A stretch of 64,000 nt of DNA from contig JAQGDQ010000049.1 of NCBI GenBank assembly GCA_030141605.1, positions 620,001-684,000 on the forward strand. The letters run 5' to 3'. A program made the position numbers and the translations under genes. Below the pieces are notes generated by a model, which saw only the letters and a program-made list of their open reading frames with translations, did not search any database and had not been told where the DNA came from. Positions within the stretch are counted from its first letter, which is position 1, and each line of letters begins with the position of its first letter. The DNA is from Tubiluchus corallicola (taxonomy: Eukaryota > Animalia > Priapulida). Positions 50,512 to 64,000 of the stretch are shown here, piece by piece.

Positions 50512-53500
50512 ATTTGTATTCAACTGTCGCAAAGCGGTGCTATTAAGATGTTTCGTAAGGTCGACTGACGAAATAGTGAGAAAATGGTTGAAAAGACTTA
50601 AGTTTTTGAAAAATGAATAAATTGTCCAATTTCACTAAACATCACAAAGCTGTGCTTCATTTTTGTCGCGTTTTTCATTCACTCTAAATTTGTGAAAAGC
50701 TGTTTTGTTGTATACTATGACCACTTTTTCTCGTTCACTACAACTTTATCTGTGGAAACCATTAAAGAGAACTCAACATAATAATAAAGGGCAATATAAT
50801 AAAAAGGAGTATAATATAGCAAAGTCAATTTTTCTTCTCTAACTTTCCTTTTAAACTACGTTGAAGGTAGAATGCCGCATTTATCCCTCTTTTATGTCCA
50901 CAGTGAAAGAAAAAGCTGGATAATAAGTTTAGTAACACGAGCTGGTTTCGACACAAAGTCGCCTGCGGTTAGCGATACAAGCTCGTAATAGATAAAGTCT
51001 GCTGGTGGTAATGCCGGAAAAACCACGATAGAGACTCACAAAGCTCCTTTAGTGCTTTCTAAAAATACATGATACTCTTGAAATGTTAGGAAAAGCCGTT
51101 TCGTCCAACTTGCTTTAAGCAGTCTTAATGTGATCCTACAATCCCACATACACCCCACTTAGCTAGTAAATTGTGACGTTTGTGTATAACGTTTGTAATT
51201 GTGACGTTTGTGTGTGCAAAACGCAAAAGAAAGTTTCAAAATCATCCGATTACACATATAGTCAGAAAACGTGGAACAATAATAATAAATGTATGTAAGA
51301 GCCTGCTAAAAAGTAACCAACCCACCAAATCGACTGACTAATCAACCAATCAACTTGCCAGCTACTTAAGCAACCAACAAACCATGAGCCAACCAACTAA
51401 CGCGACAGCCATCCAGACTGTCAACCAACTAGCAATCTAGTGCAACAAACAAACCGACGGAACTGGCCTAAAACTTTCATGATGTATAGCTTCCCAAGGA
51501 TTCTGTTAAGCTTGGGCTTCAGAAAACGGGAAATCCGCGTGTTTTATTCTAATCACATAAAGGCAACTTCAAAGAATTGTTCAATGCTTCACACAAGATA
51601 TTTTAAACGCAGTTAACTCTCGATTATATCATTTTATCCAGCTTTGCCTATGCTTTTCAGCGGTTTGCACGGAATAAAGTTGCTATTTGTGACAGTGGTA
51701 CCGACAGTGAATCCGATAGCAACAACAACAGCAAAAGCGCACACAGACAGACAAGCAGACAGAGAGACAGGGACAGACAGGTAGCCAGACAGACAGACAG
51801 GCAGGTAGCAGACAGATTATTCTATAGTTATTGTCTACTAAAGAATCTACGGAATTTATAAGGAAGTTGCACAAGAAATCTATAAGGAATATATAACAAT
51901 AGGAGTGACAACTACAAGAACAGCAACAGCAATAGCAACAGTAACAGTGACAGCAACAACAACAATTAAATCCATAGCAACAACACCACCTCGGCAACCA
52001 CCACTATATCAAACTATATTTAATTGAATTCATGACGATTTGATATTTTAAACCCTGATCTATAAGCACTTTAACCACAGTTCTGACAGATGCAAAGTAA
52101 AGTTCGCAGGTGTTCGTCCACACCATTAACATTTAATGCAATAATGGCGTTTATCTAAAGCCACCATAAGTTTTCACAACTAAGGTTTCGAAAAATAATA
52201 TAAACGGAGATTTAATTTTACACTATGCCCGTGGCTTTAAAGGGGTTCTAGTAATTGAAACCTTTTTGGTGCATACAATGCTGGCCTGAACCTTTCGGCG
52301 CATAAATTCTTAAATCAATATTTCATTTTAACAGTTTGATGCCTTATCTCATATTGTTTAGATAATGTTAGCGTTTTCCTAGTTGAAACGACCTTGTTGT
52401 ACAGCAGACTTATTAAAAAGACATCAATTTCAAACGTGTATTATAACATGTAGTATTGCCAAATGCCATGCATTGGTAAAGGCTTGACTTGGTAATGGTA
52501 TAATGGTAATGGTGCCATGATTTGGTAATTTACATAAAGGTCTAATTATGTGAAGATTAATCTTAATATCAAGGTGGAGTTATATACATTCCTAGAAGGG
52601 TAGTTTTGAGTAGACGCAGAGGCAACCCTGTCTTCTGACACTAGCTCACTTTCAAGTAGTGTGGTGGCACTTTTACAAGCTAACGTTAGACTTCTGCAGA
52701 CTTGCTTTTACGAAAATGACTGCCTTTGAAGAAATTGAAGTCTTTTCTTCGTCTAGAACGAGTAGAAAAAGCAACCAACTGGTTACTTGAACTGCTAAAT
52801 GCAGTTTTAAAATTATTTTTGCTAGTTTTTGCAAGCTGACATGTTTGCTTGCAAAATGTCTACCACCGCCTGGCAAAATTTCAACAAGCTGAGGAGGCGA
52901 CCTGATACACCATCTAAGTTACCACCGAGAAAAGTGAACCCTGTTTTACGCCACCAAATCGCATTAACGCATTAGCCTGATCATGGCACGATATTATTAC
53001 AGCACTTAAAGCTAATTGAGGCACGGGAACTGAAGCTGTATCTTCTGCCACTTAAATCTGCAGCGTACTGATAATATGCTGTTAAACTGCAAACACTTTG
53101 TAGTTACTGTGCAGAAAACTAATGGTAAAATATGACTTGATATTTGAACATATCATTTTAATAGCGTAAAATAAGCGCTTGACGTTGTTGAAGTAACACA
53201 GTATCATCAAATGTGTCGTGCAATGCATATCACCTTCAAGTTAGTTATGACGACACTTTAATTTCTAAACCTCCATGAAATTAATTAATCTTAAGATGGC
53301 TTTGGTATATATTACGCACTGTACACTCGACTTCATAAAAGCTATATATAAACTCGGTGATTTTTTTCGACAGGTAAACTTTGATAACAGCCTTTGTTTA
53401 GTAAGAGTGATTTAGGTCTTGGGAGAATAGACCTCCATTTTATTACATTTTCATTAGACTAGAAAATGTGATGAGCAGCCATTGCATTTAGGAATGCAAG

Positions 53501-54551
53501 CATGTCGAAAAATTTGTATGTAATAACATAGCAATAGACTCTATAGCAGCATCGACTGTTCAAGATTAAGTACTTACTGACTAACTGATAGATGTAACAA
53601 TGCGTGCACCGCGTTTACAGACTGCGAATTTCTCCACGAAGTAAACAAAAATTGTAGCACTGCGGGTAGCTGCCGTATTGTTTTCGCCATCATCAAACTC
53701 TTGTAAAATTAAATCATTGCTAATACCTGCAATGTGTAGCAATAACAAGGTATTTACTGTGAACAAATTTCTAACTTTCTTGCTCAGTACAGTGAGAAAA
53801 CTAGCGAAATCAAAGCCCTTGGTGGTAAAATCACAGCCTGCAATCAAGTAATCCTCAAAGTAATTTTATAACCTCTACTCTTCCCTTTTCTTGCTTGCTG
53901 TATAAATCTAGAAAGGGATGATCACTTACCATCAGATACTAATTGACAAAATGCGTCAACCTTAGATAAGTTTATGCTGCCATCTATACCTTAACATCAG
54001 ATTTATCAGGCAATAGGATTCTTCCCCCATGTGACCATTGTCCTACATAACCCTCACTTAAATCTCCTACAACTTATACAGCTTATTTATTGCTACGTTA
54101 TTATCTTGCATTATCTAAAGAGACTTGCATGAATTAAGACTTTGCCAGGCACGAGATATTCTTTTAGGAACACCATGGATATGCAATACATTAGCAGTTT
54201 CAAGTAGTTCATTGATACGGAATTTTCGTTTGGCTTCCCTCAGTAATAGCCTGTGAGTGGCTATTGCGTTAAGCAAAGCATAAACTGATATCAATAAACA
54301 TTATCCTTCTCTATGCATGTCTCAGAAAGCCTTTTCATTTCCCGACATGTTGCAATCATAATAATAAACCTATATAAATTTATGGATTCACTGAATTGCA
54401 TTAGTTTTATATCAATTCTGTATGTCTGAGACATAATGGTTACAAAGCTCCTGGGTTCGCTGAACATAATGCATATAAATTGACTTTAATATTCCACGGT
54501 ATTCATCAGACCCCCAAATATTATTTCACTATTTCATAAAGGCAGACCTTT

Positions 54552-54755
<204 letters not shown>

Positions 54756-56074
54756 TCATTTACTGAGTAAATCCCCGAGGATTTAACTTTAAATGCACTT
54801 CCTATAGTTTACGTGCTTTAAAGTCAATTGAATACGTACTGAGTTCTACGCGTGGGTCAAATTGTGACATTGGAATGTGCTGTTATAAAGGAAAGTGTTC
54901 AAAGTGTTCCCATGAAACGACTGGGTGTATTAAAGGAAGACGGGATGATGTTTCATATCCTACCCCATTTTCATACAATAAAAATATACAATTTAACATC
55001 TATAACACTTACAAAAGCATTTCTGATAATTGAATAATAGATTAAAAATTTAATTAACGGCGGGCGAGCCCAACTATTGATGACATCACAAACTAACTTA
55101 ATTTTCAACAGCGAAAACATTCCATGAGCGTGTTGCACGTGTTTGTGAAAGAAGTACAGTGCTACTGTAAGAGATTCGGTGTGTTGTACTAAAACTCGGC
55201 AAGTTTTAAGATAAAAATTCAAATTTTAAATTTAACGCTCTACTCACGCATGAGCTGTCGAACGTGTGAAGTATGTCACAAACGAACACTTCTAAACTGG
55301 AAGGTACAGCACATGTTTTTCGTGCAACGCGTTTCCGAAATGCAAGCGCAGGTCCATCTAACTAACGAATGGCAAAATAAAACCGAAAACCGAATCGAAA
55401 TTGTATGGTAATAATACTTTCACGTAAGTCATTCTTGAAAAAATAGTATATTCCATTTGAACAGAGTAGCTTGTTTTGACATACAGTTTAAGATTAGGTC
55501 CGGTTTTCTTTAAGTAAAAGCAAGAAGTAAATCTGGAGTTTAGCAGCCTATGGAGAGACCGTGAAGATCCAAAAGATGCAGGGTCAACATATTTATCTTC
55601 GGATTGAAAGCAAAAAAATATCTAACCGGTAGTTGCATTTAATTAGCTTAGGACCTGCTTTCGCAGTGTCAACAGCTTAGCAAGAAAAGCGGTGTCGCGA
55701 ACAACAGAAAGAACAAAGGACAAGCCACAAGTGACTATGAATCATTTATGATGCAATGAATGAAGGTTATGATTAATTAAATGATTAAGTAGAGCAAGTG
55801 AATAATTAAGTTTTCAGCAGTAGAGCTAAGCTGTTAGAGTAATGAGTGTTGCAACAACATGAAATAACCTTCGTGAAAACAGTGGCTTTTGTAGTTTTCA
55901 GTGTCGCTTCTGAAATTGCTTTTAGCATTTTACAGTTCTATTCTTAAAGATCAAAATAGTTTTATAAACAAGACAATATTTAAATTCCCCTTGAATACGC
56001 ATCTCTGTTCGATCAGTAAAATGGAAATCGACGCCGCAAGAGTGTTTCACTGATTGATTTTTCCTTGACCATAG

Positions 56075-56103
56075 TTTAAGCAGCTGGATTACGGGCGTCA
56101 ATG
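56075..56103 (+). other. Candidate 29-nt exon
   Basis: ctgattgatttttccttgaccatag|TTTAAGCAGCTGGATTACGGGCGTCAATG|gtaagta: good branch/pyrimidine tract and a consensus donor. Confidence 0.3.
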
Positions 56104-57322
56104 GTAAGTATTTAGGTGGTCATTGGCTTGAAAGTCGAACCACATTCTTCGCTTTGAAGTGTTTACTTACCGCGTCTTCTCGGGCTTCCAAATTACACCA
56201 ATCATGCGCCACCTGCCGGCGCGTAATGGAAAACATGCCAGACGAAAATAAGACAAGAAAAATGTCTTTGAGTTTCACTGTCTGTAGTGCCTAATTGGTA
56301 ATCGAGTTCTATTGCCTGTTACTGGCTAACCACGTCTTGGAAGCGGTTTACTAAACATGTTTAACAGACACGTTTACGCCAAATGCTAACACAAAATATG
56401 TACGAGATTTACCGTGTTTTTTTCATATCATTGTCACATAAAATTCGTACAGAATGTCACTTAACAGGTATATGTAAGTAGTCTTGGCTCTTTGTGCTTT
56501 TAACCGCAACCTTTTAGCTAGCTATTTTTACCTGTAGAATTTATATCTGTGTTGTATACACGTTTTATCCTAGATTCATATTTTATAGTTTCTTGTAAAT
56601 ATTTTTAATATTTATTCAATAAAGATTACGTAATATATTACCTAATATTCATGCCAATAATTCACATGTAATTAATGCCACCTAAATGGTTATTTCATAG
56701 TGTGACTTGTAGTTTTTTGGATTCGCTGAGCATGCCTTTTTGCTCACTTTGCTCACAGTTTGTTTCACTAGCTGATCAGTCTACTCGGACAGATAAAATT
56801 CTCTCATCAAGACCGTGTTTGGGACTAGCCTAGGAATAAGGATATTTAAACAGGGAAAAGATGAAAGCACCTGAAAACAGACACCGCCAAATGGTCCGAA
56901 TTATTGTACCAATCTCTTTTCTGAGTAACAAAATAAGTACGTTGTTGTGAATCAAATTTAAAATATGAATTTAATTGGGAATTAATCGGAGATCAAATGA
57001 ATTAGATTTCGGAGATAAAACCACTCCTCCCTAAGTTTGATATTGAAATTCATACAATTTGATTATAGGTGACTCACCCAGCTTGTAGCTTGAATTTTAT
57101 GAGTTCAAGAGTTCGAATCTAACAAGCTTAGATGACGCAGATTAGTAAAACAGGGAAGTGTAAAATTCAAAGAGACACCGCTTATTAACGGTTTGCATGC
57201 CAATTAGGGGACATGAAGTAAGGCCAGCACTGACCATTTGTCGAGAAGCGAGTCAGGAAATTATTTTGTTAAAGTTCAGTAACAGTCATTACCGATTGTA
57301 AAAGTAACATTACTCACTGTCT

Positions 57323-58041
57323 AGGAAGGAAGGGTTGTGACTTCTGGTGTACTAAATCATCAGAGATGGTGCAATCCTCAGTGACCAATACGCAATGCGT
57401 GACAGAAGAGCTTTTGCTTTATAAGCTAAGTAAGAGTTCAAAGTTCGCGCACACACATCTAGAGACGAGTGAGGAGAGTTGTTGCCGTGTTGTTGTTTAC
57501 CGAGTCGTTTTACCACAGATTTTCTTTAGCTCAGCGTAGTGATTCTACTGCGTCCTTTGCAACGTCAAAGCACTGATGCTAAGAGGTCTCGAAGAGGAAC
57601 AAGGATCTGGCCAATAACGATTGTAAATTGTTAACGGCCAGTCCGCGAGTTAAGTAGATTTACTTTACTTACTGTAAATTGTACATAGAACTGTTTTGTA
57701 ACGGTAACGAACTGCATTGATGTGTAACTTAAGCATCTTAGTATAGTATCTTTTTGGGATCTAAAATTAATTGTAAGCGCCCACCAGCGCATAAGAACAA
57801 ATCTTGTATTATTTCGGAAATTGAATCTAAAGTGTAAATTGTAATCGTAAGAAACTATTCACTGAGTTAACTTAACTACTGAGTTGTGTTGATGTTTAAC
57901 GAGTTACCTGAGGCTCATAATCGTAACACTAAGTCCTTGATCGAACCTGAACGATTCGCATTGTACAGCTCATTGCGGGAGCTCGCTTGAAAACTCGAGG
58001 GATACAGATCTATACTCATAACGCAATATTTCGAGGTTACA
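57323..58041 (+). mobile_element. Probable 3' LTR of a Gypsy-like retrotransposon with upstream PPT
   Basis: PPT AGGAAGGAAGGG (57323-57334), then TGTGAC (57336)...GTTACA (58041) inverted termini. CCAAT (about 57385) and TATAAG (about 57420) lie in a U3-like position. No TSD. Confidence 0.5.
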
Positions 58042-58644
58042 GTTGTGTAGGACCAGATCATAGACTTATCAACTGAACCGAAGCCCTCGGAGTCGGGCAA
58101 TTGATAGAGCGCCGAAATCAATTGTCTAGAAGCAATCGAAGTGTGAATCATAGATTCGATTAATTGCAAAATTAATCAAGATCGCTTGTTTCGAAAATAA
58201 AGGCCGACAACGTGCTTCAGAAGTCGCTATACACTTTTACATTTTTATATTATTATTTTTAAATAAACGTGTACTTCTAAATGTGTACAACCTCTTTTAA
58301 AACATTTCAATAATGTATTAATGTTTAAATAATGTATAATGTTTAAATAGCCAATGCAGAACAATATCTAATTATTATGTCAGATTAATGAAGGCTATTT
58401 CCTTGCCTCATAACAAAAATCTTATAAGCCGCATAAGAAAAGCGCAGAGAGCCAAATCTGTCAAATTGCCGAATCCCGGGGCATCACCAAGTGGGGAAGC
58501 ATGCGTAGAAAAGTCTCTAGCAACAGACAACATTTATCGTAATTTGTTTACCGTCACTTATTTTAACAGACAATATTAGTGTTTTAATGTTTGGTTATGG
58601 TGCTAATTTTTGTGAATGTTGAATTATTTGGTTTTTGACAATAA

Positions 58645-58662
58645 ATTATTACTACTGCTGCT

Positions 58663-58736
<74 letters not shown>

Positions 58737-58750
58737 CACTACTACCACTA

Positions 58751-58830
<80 letters not shown>
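58645..58830. repeat. Compound (CTG)n-(CTA)n trinucleotide microsatellite
   Basis: Direct reading. Confidence 0.97.
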
Positions 58831-58831
<1 letters not shown>

Positions 58832-58995
58832 GCGCTAATGACTATTTAGTGACTTACAATAATGCACGGGGTAAGGGTGCAGCACACAGACAATGAATAA
58901 CATTTAAGGTATACATCCCAGCGCTGGCTGACGCTAGTCTCGAACTTAAGACTGCATGCTTGCAGTCCGAAATCCAGACCCGCCAGGTAACCCAG
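58830..58995 (-). mobile_element. tRNA-derived SINE, copy 2 (3' part runs into (TAG)n)
   Basis: Minus strand gatttcggactgcaagcatgcagtcttaagttcgagactag...ttgtaagtcactaaatagtcattagcgcta aligns with 9621-9759. Confidence 0.82.
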
Positions 58996-59050
58996 GAGCT
59001 CTCTCGTACCTCGTTGTATTATAGCGTTGCAGTTATGAGTTGGGTTGGGT

Positions 59051-59259
59051 AGCCAAATCACCGAGTGTTCAAGATTTCGAACTGCAACCATGCAGTTTTC
59101 AGTTAGAGATTAGCGACTTCCAACACAGAGACATATGCCCTACAAGTTATTCGTTACTTGCGTGTTGCGACCTTACCTGTAAGTGTTGGTCACTAACAAG
59201 CCGTTAGAACTAATGTCTGTTAAATGAGCGACGGCAAATAAATTTTGTCTTTGCCTTTA
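59051..59259 (+). mobile_element. tRNA-derived SINE, copy 3
   Basis: ccgagtg...agatttcgaactgcaacca...agccgttag...aaataaattttgtctttgccttt aligns with copy 1. Confidence 0.78.
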
Positions 59260-60330
59260 GTTAAAGCTTAAACGAATTCTCAAAGACTGTTTTTGATTCA
59301 TGCGAGAGTTTGCCGAGAAGAATTTGAAAAAATAGACCAATTTGAATTGTGTCTTTTGATAGACCCTGTATTTTGGCAGAATGTTCACCCAGACAGCTAG
59401 CTCTGTTTATCAGTCTGTCGCAACATTCGCTGTAACTGATTTATATACAAAATACATGCTGTTACATTTATCTTGAGGGTAGCGAAGTGTGTCATTATAC
59501 AAATTGATTTTGATGCAAACAGTCAATGATGCTCATTTATCAACATATGAAGATTTAACTTGTCACACAACAAAACGCAAACTCATTGTCTAGGAAAGAA
59601 AAATGGTTTCTTTCAATGGATTCGCTGTTGGCTTCTTTGTAGCAATTTGAATATCCTGTTCATTATTGCAGTAGTACACTTCGATGTTCACTCTTTCGTT
59701 CGTTTTCTTTATTTCATTAGAATTGTAATAGTAGTACGAAGTTTTTCAGGAAATTTAGGCAAATCAAGTAATTGGTATTTGGTATTCTCTTCTTAAATGT
59801 ACAGTTTTCAATTTAATTAGCCTTTAACCGAAGTTGAATAGTTTTATTTATTCGACGACGACATAAGCTTTTGCAACTTGTAGATGTGTGTTTTTAACCT
59901 AAATGTAAACTAAACTAAATGTTTATCTCATTTGTTATTTCTTTTTTGTTGATTTTTTAGTTCATTCATTTATTGGTTAGTTTTTTCCACCCACTTCGTT
60001 GATTTAACCGCTGGTTTATTTGCTTGTTCGTTCGTTCGTTGTTCGTTTATTTGTTGATTATTTCGACCCAAGAATCAGTCGGTCAACTAATCAGTGCTAA
60101 TTAATTCGTCTGACTTCTGGCTTTTTTATCAAAAAGAAAATTCGGAATTGCCCGACCGTCGTTTTACTTATTATTTGTTAATCAATCATGACTGTTTTAA
60201 CTTGCTATCAATATCGGTAGAATTTTCTATTGGTAAAGCTATCGAACGACGTTTAGATAGAATTGTTTATCGAACGTCAAGCATTTTGTTCTACGCATAG
60301 CATTGACAGAGTACCATGAGTGCGCCACCA

Positions 60331-60517
60331 GATAGAGAGGTAGAGGGGCGAAAGAGGAAAGGTGGAAAGAAAAAGGAGAGAGAGAGAAAGAGAGAGGAGG
60401 AGAAAAAGAAAGGAAAGAGACAGAGACAAAGAGGGAGAGGGAGAGAGAGAGACGGGGCTAGAAAAGAAGAAAGAAGGGACAGAGACGAAAAATAGGAAGA
60501 AGGAGAGAGAGAGAGAG

Positions 60518-60560
<43 letters not shown>
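60331..60560. repeat. Polypurine tract / (GA)n microsatellite
   Basis: Direct reading. Confidence 0.93.
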
Positions 60561-60563
<3 letters not shown>

Positions 60564-60933
60564 GCAACTTCGTTATCCTTTAATTAACTTTGCATAGATT
60601 TCCCTGGGTTTTAGCGAAACTGTTATAATCTTACAGTGGCCGTTTTTGTAAGCATGCACGCGTCAGGGGAACAAAAATTTTCGCCTGAACAAACTAACAA
60701 AAACACAATATTTAGAGATACATATAATTACATAAATGTGTATTATACGGTTGCAAATTTGAGTGTTTCGTTATTTAAAAGCATTTATAAAAACACTTTT
60801 ATAAAATGAGATGGCAGTAGACACGCGGCACTTTTGCTGATCATAAAATGTAAAAATTGTAGAAATGAGACTATAGAAAAGCAAAATAGCTTACATAAAA
60901 CTATTAAAATGACAATAGCTTAAAAAGTTCCAG

Positions 60934-61512
60934 CTTGCTAGTCTGATGCTGAAACTAACGATGTTTGGTGCATTAACTACGTCATGATCAAAATCATTCC
61001 AGATTGGGATTACTCGGAAAATTACTGGGGTTATTTGGAAAAGACTATTTGTATACACCTAACCTAAATTTTGCATAAGAGCGTAACAAAATAAATCACC
61101 AAAAGACAAATCTACTAATTTATGGCATGTTTTATAAATCATCTTTAACATCAAAAATTATTAATCGAGTGGCTTTGAGTGGTTGCAAATCTAAGATACG
61201 CAAATTATCCGAGTAGTTAAAAATACCAAGTTCACGGCGGGCAAATAATCCAAGGGTAAAGTATTGCTGAACCTTCCCAATTGAAATGAACTGAATTGAA
61301 TCAATAGTGTCAATGCATACAATGAGGTAACCAAACTGGTGTACAATATTCAAGTAGCGGCCTAACATAAGTTTTGTAAGTCGCCATAAGGCCTTTTTGC
61401 TCTTCGTATAAAAACAACGAAAAATCCCATTAACAACAAGCAAGGCTTTAGCAACTTGATCTTTACAATATTTAGAAAAACTGAAGTTTATGTCTAAATC
61501 CTTATAATCATT
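60934..61512 (-). mobile_element. CR1-clade LINE, 3' ORF2 fragment (frameshifted)
   Basis: Minus frames read KDLDI..FSKYC..VAKA, IFRCF, YKTYVRPLLEYCTPVWLPH, NYSDNLRILDLQPLKATRL and RVIPIWND...VVNAPNIVSFSIRL. These match the ordered C-terminal motifs of CR1/L2 ORF2 (YKSxVRPxLEYxxxVWSP; RVVNxWNxLP). Confidence 0.88.
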
Positions 61513-62614
61513 GTAATAAACGAAATTATATAGTCCACGCTTTTTGTCTGTAAGTTAATTCGTTTATTGACCAGTAACATTACAACAATTCAATGATTCA
61601 GTCCTCTTAATAACATAACAATAGTGACAACATTATAGTGTTCTACAGTCCATAGAAAGGTACCTTTAACCGGAGTAATGGTACACATTTAAGCAATCGT
61701 ACATAAAGTTACAAAGAACTTTGAGCTGTCAACTGGCTAAATTTGGTCCGACACGGTGCAGTCAAAAACATCCATAGAAAACGTGATGCTCAGTTTGGAC
61801 AAAAGTACCTGCGAGATCGCGCGGTCACGCACGATTTTCCCGCGGCGAACGACTAGTTTCAAAACGTAAGAAATGTGATGATATTCCTGCCTTGGTCCAT
61901 GCAATGTGGTGCAATTGGTTCACAGTCATCTCACTAAGCTAAGGTGAGAATTTAACTCTCTACACACATGCTCCGTATAACTTCGAATTCTCAAACACCT
62001 TTCGTGGAAGTCCGAAACCGCAGGGTCAGCACCAATATCCAGCAGACTTTAGATCTCTGGAGACATAAGTGAGCGTATTTATCTAGCAACAATAATGATT
62101 TCTACTAGAAAACTGGTTACGTCAGAGTGACTATATACATTTCGAAGAAACTTCCATTGAAAGCATTTTATATAAGCGCTAGCAGACGGAGCATCTACTT
62201 CAAAAAGGCAGGGGCCATTTGGAGTTTGACCTCTTACTACTAAACCGACTTTCACACTTTCCATTTAAACCGGAGACATCGCTGAAGTTCCACATCCGAG
62301 TTCCACGTTCTCTACGTTTTTGGTTAATGAGGTTACCATCTTGCGTAATAGTAATAATAGGCACCTGTAAACTGCACAGTGGTTCACAGTGAAATCTCCG
62401 TGCGACATTGGTGCAAAAGCTTCATCCTAGGAACCACTAATTCCCATAAACTTGGTTTCAAGCTGATTAATACAGTCTTTAGCCACCAGCAGCATCCAAC
62501 CATTAAGTTATCATTTAGCACTATTTTCGTTAGATCGTCGAAAGATCGCGTGGCAAATCGCAGTTTAGAATATTCTTATGAACTAATATTCTTGCAAATA
62601 CAGTGATAAAATAG

Positions 62615-62670
62615 TCTCCGGACTTCTGTCTCGAGTTCGAGTCCGGCTGTCAACACTAGCTAGGATATAT
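62615..62670 (+). mobile_element. Fragment of the tRNA-derived SINE head
   Basis: cggact...gtctcgagttcgagtccggctgtcaac resembles cggact...gtcttgagttcgagactagtggctgccaac at 9626-9671. Confidence 0.4.
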
Positions 62671-64000
62671 ATATAAATATATATATACTTTGTGTTACAG
62701 AACTAAAAAAACAAACAAAACCAAACATAAAATTCAATATATAACTGCAGACATTTCTACAAACCTTTAAGATCTCCCACGTGCAAACAGCTTTTTTCAA
62801 TCCCTCGTGTTGAATGCCGACAGCAGCTGAAACTGTTAAAACATTACAGAAACAAATTATTGCAGCCCGTGGGATAAAATAACGCTAAAGTTATTATCGA
62901 CAAAATTGCCGAGTTTTTAATTGCGGCAATATTTTTCTGTTTATAAAAGTTGCATTCACGGGTGCCTTTAACATGTGATTTGTGTAAATCGCATTTTTCT
63001 TTTGAAAACCATTGTACGAGAACGATACATACATCATCATAAGGGGTGTCAGGAAATGTTTGACCCCTACAGTACACAAGAAATCAAGAAACAAAATGCG
63101 CACTGTCATGACTGCTACAGTGCTGCGTTTATATAAAAGTGGAAAGTAACATCATCTCGACCACACGTAAAAAACTAAAAAAACTTTTTATTCTGAAAAA
63201 AGAAATTCGACGCAAAACAAACCTGTTTGCCAACTGCATGTGCGTAACGTACTTAGGTTTTAAGATAGAGCACACATTTTGCGGTGAAGTTTCTGATCAT
63301 GTAGTCTGGTGATTTATCTCGCGTTTTCTCGCTCAAAGTGAAAACGTGAGGTGGATAATTTGTATTCTTTTGTGTCGCGTGGAAATTTGTTGAAAATCAG
63401 TGCGAGATTTCTAGAGTGCAAGCAAAGTATGTGCAGTTTTAATGATTTGATTGTTAATTGCATTTTAACACTATGTATACTTATTACTGTACGGCGTGTA
63501 TATTATGAGTCATTTTCTTAAATTAACTTTATAAAAATCATGTAGTCAGCAAGAACAATGTGTTGTAAAAAATCTGCGTAAGATTTTCGTATTCTAATGA
63601 CTAGTTAGGATTAGGCAGAGGCACAGAGACAATATTAGCACACAAAAAACTAAGAGAAGTATCGTACATTTTAAATTGGTTTTCCAAGCCTGGTTGATTT
63701 CCGCATTCGCCAGACGACGTTAGAAGGTTTCTTTGTGTATTTCGTTTGTAACAGTTTTTGCATTCAAACACTGCATGAACGCATCGTTTCAAAAACACAA
63801 TAAATCATTTTGTGGAAATTGTTTCGTGCACAGACAAACGTAAATATCGACTCTCCGTGGGACTAAATGCTCTGCTTCGTTAATGACCCTTGAGGAACGC
63901 CAACTTAGATTTCCCCTTCCCGTCCATTTTAATTAACTGGTTTCTTCAGTAGAAGTTCTTTGCTCATTACTCTAGACATTGAAAGTTGAATCCAGTTTCA

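Overview
AT-rich (roughly 35% GC by eye) eukaryotic nuclear DNA, most consistent with an invertebrate animal: CpG is not obviously depleted, microsatellites are frequent, and there are no operon-like ORFs. No complete recognisable protein-coding gene, rRNA, intact tRNA or CRISPR array is visible. The window reads as intronic/intergenic DNA filled with transposon relics. The best-supported items are: an internally deleted DD34D mariner (45179-46087); a CR1-clade LINE 3' fragment (about 60934-61512); three copies plus a fragment of a tRNA-derived SINE; three copies of a TTAA-flanked (Kolobok-like) non-autonomous element; a hAT MITE with an 8-bp TSD; a Helentron/DINE-like element; a miniature LTR element (TRIM-like) with a 32-nt tRNA-Leu PBS; LTR-like relics; and a ~0.7-kb local duplication, in tandem and inverted copies, that carries a conserved intron plus 21-nt microexon. 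Several small candidate exons are listed at low confidence. Most of the supplied ORFs are microsatellite translations or of chance length. I found no clear evidence of a new multi-gene system; the findings are leads only.
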